Of a stretch of 64,000 nt of DNA, positions 52,701 to 61,958 are shown piece by piece. Both the position numbers and the translations under genes were made by a program. The DNA lies in NCBI GenBank assembly GCA_965112155.1, contig OZ218101.1. The stretch is one strand, 5' to 3'. The stretch comes from Podarcis liolepis (Eukaryota). The notes under the pieces were generated by a model that saw only the letters and a program-made list of their open reading frames with translations, ran no database searches and was not told where the DNA came from. Every line of letters begins with the position of its first letter. The stretch's first letter is position 1.

Positions 52701-55700
52701 TGGATGGATCTCTCCTTGCCTGTTATGTCTGACTCATGCTCCTTCAAGCCGCTTTTACAGCCCATTCCTATGCATGTGTATGCGTAAGTAAGTCCTACTG
52801 TATTCAGCAGTGCCCAAAGAGACCGTGGCTGCACAGGATCACAGGAATACATTAAGTGGCAAAACTCTTTATTAAAAGGTAACGGGAAGACCGTTACAGA
52901 ACAGGTAGCAGTATTGCAAATAGAAATGCTGGAGCATTACCAATCATGCAATCAACAAAGCACTCCTCCCACAAGGTACCTCAACAGGGCTCTTGCACAG
53001 GATGGGCTAAAGTAGGAATCATGCTCATCATCAGAAAAATCAACAAAAATCAGAAAAGAATGAGAAAAGAATTCAGAAATTAACAGCAATGGCACTGCCT
53101 GGACTCTCCACAACAACTGAATGAATAAAGGACTGCAGTTCTAGAGCAACCTACAGCTGCCACTATATATACACGGATGGATGAACCAGTTAGTAAATCA
53201 AAGCAAAGTACTTATTATGGTAGGCTGTCCAACAAACAATGTACAAAATATGAAATAAAAAAATATAAAATCACAGCCTTAATGGAACCAATTATTAATG
53301 GTGGATCTTACAAGGATAAAATCCTTAAAACATATATTTTGTTAAAATACTCATGCATTTCTTCTCTATTAAATTGCATACACTTGAATCTGCAAGGAAA
53401 TATACTGGTGCTAATAGGCAAAGATGGAGAGGGGCAATGTTTTGACCCAGAAACATGATGTCAATAGAGACGTGACTGATTACTATACAGTACTGACAGC
53501 AGGTCAAACAGGGAAAATGCTGGTGTATAATATGCAGCAGATGAAACAATTTCATCCATAAGCAAAATCTGAGCATTAGAGACAACCTTACTTTTAATGC
53601 TTGTTATACACATCAAGTCTGCATCTTTTCACAATTCTTCCAGTAATTATTTCATTACATCTGTATCTCCTCCAGCAATTTTCAGTGCTCTCAGTGCCAA
53701 ATTAGGCAAAAAGTTACAGCCCTAAACTCTTAACCCACTACACCACAAACACAGTTTTCAATCTGTGGCTTTAGATACATCCTGACAATAAACTGCAGAA
53801 CATTTTGCAGAGAACATCTAGCTCAAGGTCAGTGGCGGCTATATTCCCTACCTAAATTCACTGAGTAGTAGTAGTTCCTAAAGAGTGGAACAACAATTTC
53901 TTTGGAACATGTTTCCTGTTCACCCAACAGCCTTTATGCCCTATCGCCCTCTTCCAGCTAGGATAACCAGACCATGAGTATACACAGTGCCAAGTTTCTA
54001 AAGTATTTGGGAACATCCGATGCCTTGAGACAATCAGTGATTCATTGAAGCTGGAGGATGTGACCGAGGCCTTATGTGCCTGACTGCACTTTCCTTTCCT
54101 ATCCAGCTGGCCTTAGGGAAGCCCGCCAGCAGGCCGCGTCTTTCTCCTGTTCCACTGGCTGACCTTGGAGAACTTGGCCAGCCCCTTCTGAGCTGTGCTC
54201 TGGATTGTGGGATCTGGACTACACCAGAAACTCACGTTAACCCTAAGGGATAGATATAACCCTTCCATATCAGAAAACATTAGCCAGCCAGTGTTCAGTT
54301 AACAAGAATAAACAGTATACGTATGCAAAAATTTCTCCATTCAGTCAAATCCCTGAACACAGACGCTTTCTTGTTACCACTATGTTATGCATTCTGTCTT
54401 TGGGAAGGTGATAGAGATTTGAATTTATCTTTCAAGGTGATCATTCTCCCCTTCAGTCCAGAATCTTGCATCCTCAGTAGTTCTGAACTACTATTTGAAG
54501 CTTTCTTTCTGCCCGGTGGTTTAGTCCTGATCAAGGTTACACACATTTCTGTCCCACATTGACTTTGCAGTTTGAACTAGTTTACTTCATATGGTTATGT
54601 TTTAATCTTTGCCTAAATGTTTCCTACGAGTACAGAGAGAGGCTGAAGGTGACATCTCTCTCACCTAGAGTTGATGCCAAACCATAGCACAAGGGGCCGT
54701 ATTCATCTCAATCCCTACACTAGTGGAAGCCAATACAAGGATTCCCATTAGTGTGACAAAAATTCACCCCTCCTCCCACTGCATCATCCCCAAAATCTTT
54801 TGTCGTGGGTTGGGAAAACCCCAGGAACAAATGTAGAGGGTACACGGAGGGAAGAGAAGGTTCCATCACTCACAGAAAATCCTTACACTGAAAGAACCAT
54901 AGCGCTACATTGCAGCCTTATATCTCTACTGGGAAAGACACACAAAAATAAATCTCTCTCCTTGGTTTTGGCAAAGTTTCAATCAAGAGCCTCAGTTCTG
55001 ATTGGGTAAGATTCCCAAAAAAGTGAATGAAATGTGTGGCCCATGCTATCTCATTCAAATAAGTTTAGGAGACACCAAACTGGTTACTGATTCACAGCTG
55101 GCCTCAACCTGAGTCACTGGAACTTGTGTTGTAGCTGAACCTAAACTTGAACTTCTTAACATTTAACTGTTTCCCGCTTGTAAGCAATAATAATACTATG
55201 TAAAGAACAAACTGTATCAGACAGGCAAAGATTACAGTTTATGAAGAGGGATGCTTCAAGGAGAGCATTTGTAACTAAAAAATACCTTGTGGAATTCCAC
55301 TGTTCTTCACTTGGGGCTCAACCACCTGAATTGTGTCATCTTCCAGATAAAAATATATTTTACAATGTCTTATTCTGTACAGCTCTTGATTTTTGTCAGG
55401 AACTTCTTCATCAAAATAAGCATCAAAAGACAATACCTATACAAAAAACACAAATGAAAATCAACAAGCACTGGTTGTAAACAAGTAATGTGAAGCTGTA
55501 AATTAAACAAAGCAGTGCATTGAGCAAATGTAAGCACAGAGATTTGGATTTCAACATCTGAGCTTTCTCTGATAGTGCAATCCTATATATGTCTACTCAG
55601 AAGTGAGTCCAATTAAATTCTGCGTGTAGGACTGCAGTGTGAGTCATCCTGTCACACATGTGATTTGAATTGTTTTCTACTTAGAGAAGTCCAATACACT

Positions 55701-58700
55701 TGTAAAACTTGCATTGATTAGAGTGTAGTGATGTGCTAATCCCTACCTCATCATCCAATGTGTAGACTCATTTTTTCCCTTCTATTTTCTCATGCTGTAT
55801 GTGAAAGCAGGGCTTTGCTGGTCCTTATCCCTTCCCCCCGCAATGAATTATGCTGTGTTCTTGTACTGATCATCATACTTACATTCATCACGCTTTCATT
55901 ACGTAAGAAATCACATTTAATCAGGCCTTATATTTATCACCCAAAAAGAGGAGGGTTACAAACCAGTTTCTTTTGTTAACTTTGCATAATTAAAGAGTTG
56001 GCTGAGTATGGGTGATGTGTTGCCATAGTCAGTGACGTTGTTTGGAAGCAACAATATCAACATAACATACACTAATTATGTTGTGTGTATGTTTCGTGGA
56101 GCCAAAAACCACTCATTAATTCCCCATGATTGAGCATATGAGATTGGGGAGGTGGGTAGTTGCAGGGCAGAAGCCCCACATTTGTGTATGGATGCAAATC
56201 TGGACAATTTCTGCAACATCCCTGTAACAGTGTACAATCGAGTACTGTTTCCCAGCTTCTCTCGTTGACAACATTCACACATGGCACAAACGACACGAGA
56301 ATATCACTTGAGAAAATAGTTGAAACGAGGGATGGGGAACCCGCAACTGTTCAGAGGCTGGCTGAGGCAGCTGGGAATCCAACAGCATCTGGTGAGCCAC
56401 AGATTCTCCTATCCCCAGCCTCAATGCCACTCAATGGAGCTTACTTCTGAGTAGACATGTGTGGGATTACAACAGTCTGCAAGCTAACACATATTGTGAA
56501 AAAGATTGGCAAGTATGTGAAAGTTGTGCAGAAATGCTACAAAATAGAAATTACAAAATAATGTTATTTTGACACACACACTCCGTACACACACAAGAAC
56601 ACACATTAGTTCTGTTCAGGCATCAGCTAAACTCTTAGTTGTTTTTACAAGCCTTTGTAACTTAAGAAATATTTCCTGTACAATCTGCTATTGTACATAT
56701 TACTGATCTGTGGTTTTAATTGCAATTTTAAGACTGTTTTAGTGTGCCATTTTATTATTTTAAGCCACCATGGGCTCTCTTGAGAGGTAGGGAAGGCTAT
56801 AAGAAAAATGCATTTATTATAGTTACATGATTAATGGTCCTTCCTAAATCAGATCTTTTCTGGAGCCAACAAGTGTTACAAAGTAATCCAGGCTAGCTTC
56901 CTGATGAGGTGATCACCTGGGTGATGGGCCATTGGGGGGAACAGTGGAAAGGGGCTCTGTGTGAGACGGCAAATGTATGAGGCCCCTCCCACAAATTGCA
57001 GCTAGTCAGAAGGCAGGTAGAAGGACAAAGCCAGAATGGAGTGGTGTGAGCAAGAAGAAAAGCAGCAACCTAGAGTGAGCCAGAGTGATATTTGTTTTCT
57101 GATTAAATTTACTGAATTATTAGTCCAATATTTCAATCAATAATACTGTTATGAGTTGTGAGGGGGGCTGTATGCAGAGAACCTCCAGTAATTTTCTTTT
57201 TTTATTTGTCAAGAAAGTCCACACATATCACACAAGAAGCAGCCCTCCTCAAAGTCCCCACTGGCATCTACTATATACTCCTGAATCCAGACCAGAAAGG
57301 ACAGCATCAGGGTACAGAAGAGTGGACGATTCTCTCTAAGGATGGTGATCAACATTACATCTTCCTATTTATGCTTTGAAAAATAAATGTAGGAAAGTAA
57401 CTTTCTAAAAGCCAGAGATACATAAATATAGTGCTGTATGAACTCTGGCAATTCCCCAGGAGGTTTATGGGATGTTAATTTCACAGTGAGGCCTGATTCC
57501 TCTGGTGCTGCAGAGATGTGTAGCACTGATTATTTTCCAGCTTTGAAAATGTGCATTGGAAAATTTATTAATATAGTCCTAAGACAGGGGACCCCAAGCA
57601 TGGACACCTACTGGGGAGTAAATCCCTTTAAACACAGAAGTATTTACTTCTGAGTAAACATATCCATGTTGCAGGAAAGATGAAATCCTGTAGCATGGCT
57701 TACTGCAAAAAAATGCCAAAGTATGCCTTGCTAGCAAGATAGAGTGACAGCAGCTGTGGGGGTGAGAGAAGCTATTAATGCAGAGTAAAGTCTCGTCTGA
57801 ATTTGCACTTAATGAGCAGATTTAATCTCCTAATTAGATAGGCTGTGCATAGATAATTAAACACTGATTATATGGCTAACATTACAAATATCAAAAGGGA
57901 ACAACCATAAGCCTCAGCAATAAGAATTTTCAAATTAGCAAAGAACTGAATGTTGCAGATTATACCTTCCGATTCCGATCTCTGAACTTCTGCAATATTC
58001 CTATTTCATGTACGCATATAACATTTGTGACAAAATATCACCAGCTGCCTGGTGTTTGGAGTGTCTCTGTGTTAATGTTTATTCTCTCTCTTTAAATAAA
58101 ATTAACAGAAGTTGTATATCAAGTAGAGATGATGGGTGGCGGGGAGAGAGAATGGAAATTAGCCAAGTCCTGTGGGGCACTCTGGAAAATGCATTATGTT
58201 TGGCTTGCTTGGACAGTATAATTTGATGAACAAATTTTACGAGGAACATTTTCAAGCATGAATTGTCCCATATGCAACTTAACTATTTAACATCCTAATC
58301 CCAAGCCCAGTTAAGTAATTGTATTTGGATTTATGCTGATTGTGCCTCACTGGTTTTCACAGGATAGGATATGATTTAAATCCAAAGCACGTTGGCTGAA
58401 CTGGCTTGTAGATCATGCTGCAAGCATTATAGCCTTGTAGCAAGCATTACACAATGGAAAAACTAAACACACCATTTTATGTATTATTAAAATGAAATAT
58501 GAGCACGCGCTTCTCCTTCAGTTTCATTTTAAATTTTCAGGAAGTCTACAAAAGAGGGACAAAGAGATACAATTCTTTTAATGCATAACTACTTCATAAA
58601 CCACAAATTTACAATGCTGAAATACCAAGCCTAGAAGTGAAAGTACCTTTAGATGGCATAAGAATAACAGCACAATGCCTATAGTACTTAACATTTTTTG

Positions 58701-60582
58701 TTCTTTAAAAAAAACACACATTAATAACAATATTTAATAAGTGTAACAATATCAATTCAATAAATTAATAATAATAATACATTCATCACTCACATTACAC
58801 TTTTTTCAGTGTTCAAAGCCTCTCATCTCTATTATTTGGAGGATAAGAAATAAGTATTCATGCATTCAACCCAAGGTCTTGCACTTTCCACATGTGATCT
58901 CCCTTTCCCCATTCCCTTCTCCCCTTGTATACATAGCTTAACAGAAGCCTTCCTGGCTTAGATGTAACAGCAAATCATGGTTGTCTAAGTGAGCCGTCAA
59001 GGCCAGGATTGCAAACCACAGTTGGATCCTGGTTAGCAATCCTGGACTAGAGCTCTTGCACAAACCACAGGGAGCAGATGAGCACAGAGCTCATTCCCAA
59101 TCCTCCTTCAAACCGTTAATATGATGTCTCAATGCAGTAATTGTCATTAAGTAATCTCCACAAAAATGCTATAGGAATGGATATCACTATTATTGCCCTC
59201 ATCCTGGAGATGATGGGCTGAGGATGAGAGATTGTGGCTTGCCTAAATCTACTAAATTCATTCACACTAAAGTGAGGTTCATAGTTGAGGCTCTTGACTG
59301 CTCCACTACCCCAGCGCAGTTATTCATTTATGCTCTGTTTCCAAGACTAGAGGTGTCTTAATATTAGTACACAGGATGGGGTGGCCCAGCAGCTGCTGCG
59401 CTTCACATTCACAAAGCACAGGGTCAGTGTTACAGCAAATTTATGCCCCTATGTTTGCATAATCAGTTTATCTGAAATAGCAAATTCTCTTCAACCTCTG
59501 ATTTCTTTACAAACTGGAGGGGTAAATTCGAAGCTGAAATAAATTATATGGGACAAAAAGAACTTTTGGGAAAATTGGAATTCATTCATTCTTCTGTTTT
59601 CCTTGGAATAAATCACTGTGTAAAATATTGCAAGGCAGGGTGAGGTGTGTAGGGCTCTTTGGAATTAGGCAAGTGCCCAGGGAATGACATAAAACAGCAG
59701 CCAGTAACATGGCAAATACTCTCTGGAATTGTTTTTCTATGTAGACCGATGCTTCTCTCTGAAGGTGACAATTAGGAGATGAAAAGCAACCTCTGAATTC
59801 TGAAAATAAGCCACAATATCAGAGGCAAAATGAATTTCAGGAATGGCATTCTGGTGATTCAAAGATGCTAGAAGCCTGCAGCACAAGATCTGGCAGGTAA
59901 ATTGCAATCCGGACCCCTCTACCTGCAGCCCATCTCTTTGGTGGGATAGCTCAGTCAGTAGAGCATGAGACTCTTAATGTTGGGCAAAGGATTCCTGCAT
60001 GGCAGGAGGCTGGACCAGATGACCCTCAGGGTACCTTCCAACTCTACAGTTCTACAATTCTATGATTCTGTGATTTTTTGGAATCCCTCGCTCAAGAGAG
60101 TAAACTGCTTGGAGGTTTTAGGCAATTAAGCAGTATATAAATCTTATCAAATAAATAATTTGAAATAAAGGTCCCCTGTTCCCTAAAATGTCCCTTGTGC
60201 ATCCAATCCAAGAGCATGAAACTGTCAGATGTCAATAGAACAGAACATCACCCAGTTGTGTGTTGCTCACCCTATACACCCTTCTAAGGGCTACGCATAT
60301 TTCAGGTTTCCCCTAAGGATGCTGGGGTGAAGGAACACACAAGCCACTGGAAACTTGCAAATAATGTGAACCAACAAATCTGTCTCACTGTACCTGTTTA
60401 TCAAATGCTACCCACGAAGGCGCATCACATCCAACCCCTCTAGGAAACACACTGTACTTTGGTTTCAGCTTTTGTCCAGGCAAAGGTTCGCCTCCTATTC
60501 CAGGTTTGTCTTCTCCCACCAACATAGAAACCTTATTGCAGTAACTCCAGTGTTGAGATTTATGGAACTTTTCTTTCCCTAG
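12307..60582 (-). CDS. EFHC2: EFHC2 (EF-hand domain-containing family member C2; DM10-domain ciliary microtubule inner protein), spliced CDS of exons 2-15, 5'-partial: complement(join(60394..60582,55286..55436,45924..46147,38677..38928,36907..37017,36470..36608,32208..32373,30435..30577,27001..27197,25691..25824,22800..22997,21313..21405,14131..14236,12307..12405))
   Basis: 14 exons read manually join in frame (2202 nt) with AG acceptors and GT donors (one GC). The translation matches vertebrate EFHC2 as I recall it ([26 protein letters not shown], three YxxxDDTI DM10 motifs, [14 protein letters not shown]). Confidence 0.97.
14131..14236 (-). CDS. EFHC2: EFHC2 exon 14 (106 nt): (A)[35 protein letters not shown]
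   Basis: ttttag|G...CAG|gtaagc; ORF 14110..14313. Confidence 0.94.
14400..15300 (+). mobile_element. Decayed LINE APE-endonuclease fragment, split by a solo LTR
   Basis: Motifs GGLAxF before the LTR; INIYRPP and [11 protein letters not shown] (GDFN motif) after it; frameshifted. Confidence 0.7.
14561..14864 (+). mobile_element. Solo LTR (304 bp) with 5-bp TSD GTTAT
   Basis: TGTTA...TAACA termini, GTTAT at 14556-14560 and 14865-14869, TATATAA box, downstream AATAAA; second copy at 47640-48292. Confidence 0.92.
15419..15870 (-). mobile_element. L2-type LINE 3' end with (TAA)n microsatellite tail
   Basis: (TTA)n run at 15419-15464 followed by gagcattccatagatggggagccactgcagagaaggcc; related relics at about 46680-46980 (+) and 47210-47545 (-). 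Confidence 0.75.
17268..17653. mobile_element. Tc1/mariner-superfamily (pogo/Tigger-like) MITE
   Basis: TIRs CCGTATTTTTCGC / GCGAAAAATATGG, TA on both flanks, CpG-rich interior. Confidence 0.88.
20408..20960. mobile_element. Probable hAT-derived non-autonomous element, degenerate
   Basis: Starts taggggtgcggaacctcgtggccc (hAT-like terminus); GC-rich interior with recurring atcagctg. Confidence 0.45.
21313..21405 (-). CDS. EFHC2: EFHC2 exon 13 (93 nt): (K)[30 protein letters not shown](A)
   Basis: gtgcag|A...GC|gtaagt; CKSxRLPxxDDLL motif. Confidence 0.94.
21660..21810 (+). mobile_element. tRNA-derived SINE with CR1-like tail, degenerate; related copies at about 24850-25020 (+), 35005-35170 (-), 37120-37285 (-) and 38225-38400 (-)
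   Basis: agctcagaggtag head and ctagatgggccattggcctgact tail; minus-strand copies carry ggattgaacct...ctctaccactgag. Confidence 0.65.
22800..22997 (-). CDS. EFHC2: EFHC2 exon 12 (198 nt): (R)[65 protein letters not shown](K)
   Basis: cctcag|A...AGCAA|gtaagg; ORF 22796..23119. Confidence 0.95.
25027..25399. mobile_element. MITE with about 32-bp imperfect TIRs (PIF/Harbinger-like), host of a nested Tc1/mariner MITE
   Basis: ggcagtatacacaccatagatttaaagcacat versus atgtgctttaagagtagggtgtgtatgcagcc. Confidence 0.65.
25078..25322. mobile_element. Tc1/mariner (Tigger-like) MITE, copy 1
   Basis: TIR CA(C/G)TGGTACCT...AGGTACCACTG, TA TSD, internal ggttacaaac/ggttaagaac repeats. Confidence 0.9.
25691..25824 (-). 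CDS. EFHC2: EFHC2 exon 11 (134 nt): [44 protein letters not shown](R), EF-hand-like loop
   Basis: ttacag|TTT...TTTAG|gtaagt. Confidence 0.95.
25843..25974. other. Assembly gap (132 N) in EFHC2 intron 10
   Basis: Run of N. Confidence 0.99.
27001..27197 (-). CDS. EFHC2: EFHC2 exon 10 (197 nt): (G)[65 protein letters not shown]; GC donor
   Basis: ttacag|GG...GAG|gcaagc; ORF 26965..27231; a phase-0 end is required by exon 11. Confidence 0.93.
27481..27772. mobile_element. Inverted-repeat DNA transposon remnant
   Basis: ccactgatttcaatgggttggattc versus gaatccaggccattgaaatcaatggg. Confidence 0.5.
28612..28650. repeat. (CT)n microsatellite
   Basis: Read directly. Confidence 0.97.
28930..29185. 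mobile_element. Degenerate hAT MITE followed by a CR1 3'-UTR fragment
   Basis: aactcccgtcatcccca...ggggctgatgggagtt palindrome; tctgaacaccaattgctggg matches the CR1 tail near 1600. Confidence 0.6.
30435..30577 (-). CDS. EFHC2: EFHC2 exon 9 (143 nt): (R)[47 protein letters not shown](G), DM10 domain 3
   Basis: ttacag|G...ACAG|gtgaga. Confidence 0.96.
30992..31732 (-). mobile_element. GC-rich LTR-like interspersed repeat (probable solo LTR; ends uncertain)
   Basis: Sharp GC shift, TG...CA possible on the minus strand, minus-strand AATAAA near 31090; no clean TSD. Confidence 0.45.
32208..32373 (-). CDS. EFHC2: EFHC2 exon 8 (166 nt): (K)[54 protein letters not shown](R)
   Basis: ttacag|AG...GACAG|gtatct. 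Confidence 0.96.
33843..33933 (+). mobile_element. CR1 3' fragment
   Basis: gttggaagattcagagcagacatcaggagatacttatttacac is similar to 1497-1537. Confidence 0.7.
36470..36608 (-). CDS. EFHC2: EFHC2 exon 7 (139 nt): [46 protein letters not shown]
   Basis: tgctag|ACA...GTCA|gtaagt. Confidence 0.96.
36907..37017 (-). CDS. EFHC2: EFHC2 exon 6 (111 nt): [37 protein letters not shown]
   Basis: ccccag|TAT...AAG|gtaagc. Confidence 0.95.
37300..37442. repeat. AT-rich low-complexity (TATTTC-like) tract
   Basis: Read directly; gives the spurious Y/F/I-rich ORF 37284..37553. Confidence 0.85.
37485..37829 (+). mobile_element. Sauria SINE, slightly 5'-truncated
   Basis: gagctcccgttgctc...cctgccaacctagcagttc...gtagataaataggtacc...catgctggccacatgac body with an (ACCTTT)n tail. 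Confidence 0.92.
38677..38928 (-). CDS. EFHC2: EFHC2 exon 5 (252 nt): [36 protein letters not shown]...[13 protein letters not shown]...NRKKLPK, DM10 domain 2
   Basis: ctgcag|TTG...AAG|gtaaat; ORF 38632..38928. Confidence 0.96.
39655..39795. mobile_element. Degenerate hAT MITE, family of 61823-61958
   Basis: ccctccag...ggactacaactcccatc...gagttgtaatccaaaacacctgaagg. Confidence 0.75.
40270..40495 (+). mobile_element. MIR/CORE-like SINE, degenerate
   Basis: tRNA-like head and ggccttggacaagtcactatctctc core. Confidence 0.65.
40880..41085 (-). mobile_element. MIR/CORE-like SINE, degenerate
   Basis: tcctcctaacaactctgtaaggtag...tttgaa...tctaacactctaa. Confidence 0.7.
42400..43700 (-). mobile_element. 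Probable decayed LINE ORF1/ORF2 junction region
   Basis: Strongly purine-rich minus strand; IKSWNV (APE endonuclease N-terminal motif) in ORF 42532..42714. Confidence 0.45.
45127..45690 (+). mobile_element. Purine-rich LTR-like remnant starting TGTCAGG, interrupted by a MITE
   Basis: TG start; composition is continuous across the MITE; 3' end uncertain. Confidence 0.4.
45234..45444. mobile_element. Tc1/mariner (Tigger-like) MITE, copy 2 (internally deleted)
   Basis: CAGTGGTACCTC...GAGGTACCACTG, TA TSD. Confidence 0.9.
45924..46147 (-). CDS. EFHC2: EFHC2 exon 4 (224 nt): (G)[74 protein letters not shown]
   Basis: atacag|GA...AAG|gttagc; phase 1 in, phase 0 out. Confidence 0.96.
47640..48292 (-). 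mobile_element. Solo LTR (same family as 14561-14864) with 5-bp TSD GAGAC, interrupted by a retroposed insert
   Basis: Reverse-complement match to 14561-14864; GAGAC at 47635-47639 and 48293-48297. Confidence 0.92.
47776..48117 (-). mobile_element. 5'-truncated non-LTR retro-insertion (about 340 bp) with a perfect 17-bp TSD
   Basis: AGAACAGCATAACTGTT at 47759-47775 and 48118-48134; minus-strand AATAAA and A-rich tail at the left end. Confidence 0.85.
48340..49070 (+). mobile_element. CR1 LINE fragment: end of ORF1 and the ORF2 APE endonuclease, decayed
   Basis: [20 protein letters not shown] near 48575; [11 protein letters not shown] and LEQLV in ORF 48860..49105. Confidence 0.88.
49671..49728. 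repeat. Compound (CA)n(GA)n microsatellite
   Basis: Read directly. Confidence 0.95.
50031..50272. mobile_element. Tc1/mariner (Tigger-like) MITE, copy 3
   Basis: CAGTGGTACC...GGTGCCACTG, TA TSD; colinear with 25078-25322. Confidence 0.9.
55286..55436 (-). CDS. EFHC2: EFHC2 exon 3 (151 nt): [50 protein letters not shown](G), start of DM10 domain 1
   Basis: gtatag|GTA...CAAG|gtattt; translated by hand, absent from the ORF track. Confidence 0.96.
59941..60075 (+). mobile_element. tRNA-Lys-derived SINE with CR1 3' tail (internally deleted)
   Basis: gatagctcagtcagtagagcatgagactcttaat head; gaccctcagggtaccttccaactc and (ATTCTRTG)n CR1-type tail. Confidence 0.85.
60394..60582 (-). CDS. EFHC2: EFHC2 exon 2 (189 nt): [63 protein letters not shown]
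   Basis: ttgcag|CTA...CAG|gtacag; lies within ORF 60385..60624. Confidence 0.96.
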
Positions 60583-61329
60583 CTGCAACCAAGAGGAAAT
60601 AAATAATGTTTTCAGAAAACACAAAAGGGCATTTTTAGATTGCAGTTACAAGAATAAAACCTATGGATTCTGAATCACACAATTCAGAATCCATGAAGCA
60701 ATGTTAATCATGATAAAATAATAATTAAAGGGCTTTAAATCTATTTTAATTTCAATCTAAATGCCCATGTCAATTTTTTGGTCATTTTATGACTCATATG
60801 TAACATGAAGTAGTTTTTCTGGGCATATCTGCCAAACAATTCCACTGATTTCTGTGGCACTAAGATGGAATGCCATGGAATGAATGGGATTGCCCTCTTT
60901 AGGAAAAACTGTGGAAACGAATGGAACCACTGAGTGTTGTTGTGCTTGTAGGTCTGAAATAACAGGAGTGCCGTGGAATCTATGGCTCTGAGTAGAGCAA
61001 AGATGGCAAAACACAAGCACTCAGCTCTATTATTAGTTTAAAGTCTTCCATATTATCGGGTGTATGGGGTAGGGCACAACTGAATGACATCAAAAACTAA
61101 ATCACAAGTGGGAAAAGTAGTGACATCTTATTTATGACTGCAAATGTGGGGTTTGCACCAGAGCTAAATCTGGCTAGCCATCTTGGTTGTGAGCCCTGGA
61201 AGACCTGCTTCTTGCCTTGCAGTCTTTTCCACCTAGCCTAGGAGAGAAGGGCCTTGACTGACTCCAGCTGCAAAAGCTGAGGCTGCTTGGACACGGGTAT
61301 TGTTTAGGCAGAGTCCTTGGGGGTTGTTG

Positions 61330-61562
61330 TTGCTGTTATTGATCTTAACATTCCATATATTTATTTTAAATCGTCTTACAATTTGTGTGGAAATTGTTCA
61401 ATTTGATTGTGTATTTTCTGATGTTTCGTTTATTGTTTGACTTCTTTGGTTATGTTTGTAATTATGTAATCTTTTTCATGTTGTAAGCCACCTTGAGCAT
61501 GGTTTGGACGATGGAAAGGCAGCATACAAATAAAATGATGGATGGATGGATGGATGGATGGA
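61330..61562 (+). mobile_element. L2-like LINE 3' tail ending in (GGAT)n; related copy at about 23240-23450 (-)
   Basis: tgtaagccaccttgagcatggttt...ggaaaggcagcatacaaataaaatgatggatg; reverse complement at 23232-23300. Confidence 0.7.
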
Positions 61563-61822
61563 GCCTCAAAGTACAACATACAGTAGTTATTTGTCAGTTT
61601 CACCACCACCACTGTTTCCAGCAGGGAGTCTTAAGACTTTCCCTTCAGACTTTAGCTGAACTATTAAAATTGACAAAGGGCCTCTCCAAACTTAGCTTTG
61701 AGGCAACCTGCAGTCAAACTACACATTACCTTAAATACTACAGAGAAGTATGATCAATGCTATTTTTTTCAGAACATGCAGGTTAGGCTTGTTGGGCAGC
61801 TCAGGGTGGAGAAGGGTTAAAT

Positions 61823-61958
61823 CAGGCATAGGCAAACTCGGCCCTCCAGATGTTTTAGGACTACAACTCCCATCATCCCTGACCACTGGTCCTGTTAGCT
61901 AGGGTTGGTGGGAGTTGTAGTCCCAAAACATCTGGAGGGCCGAGTTTGCCTATGTCTG
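61823..61958. mobile_element. Young hAT MITE (136 bp, near-perfect palindrome) with 8-bp TSD GGTTAAAT
   Basis: caggcataggcaaactcggccctccagatgtttt ... aaaacatctggagggccgagtttgcctatgtctg; TSD at 61815-61822 and 61959-61966. Confidence 0.95.

Noticed and set aside
59941-59980. tRNA-Lys gene
   Set aside because: Only the 5' half is present (no T arm or acceptor 3' strand) and it runs into a CR1-type tail, so it is a SINE head
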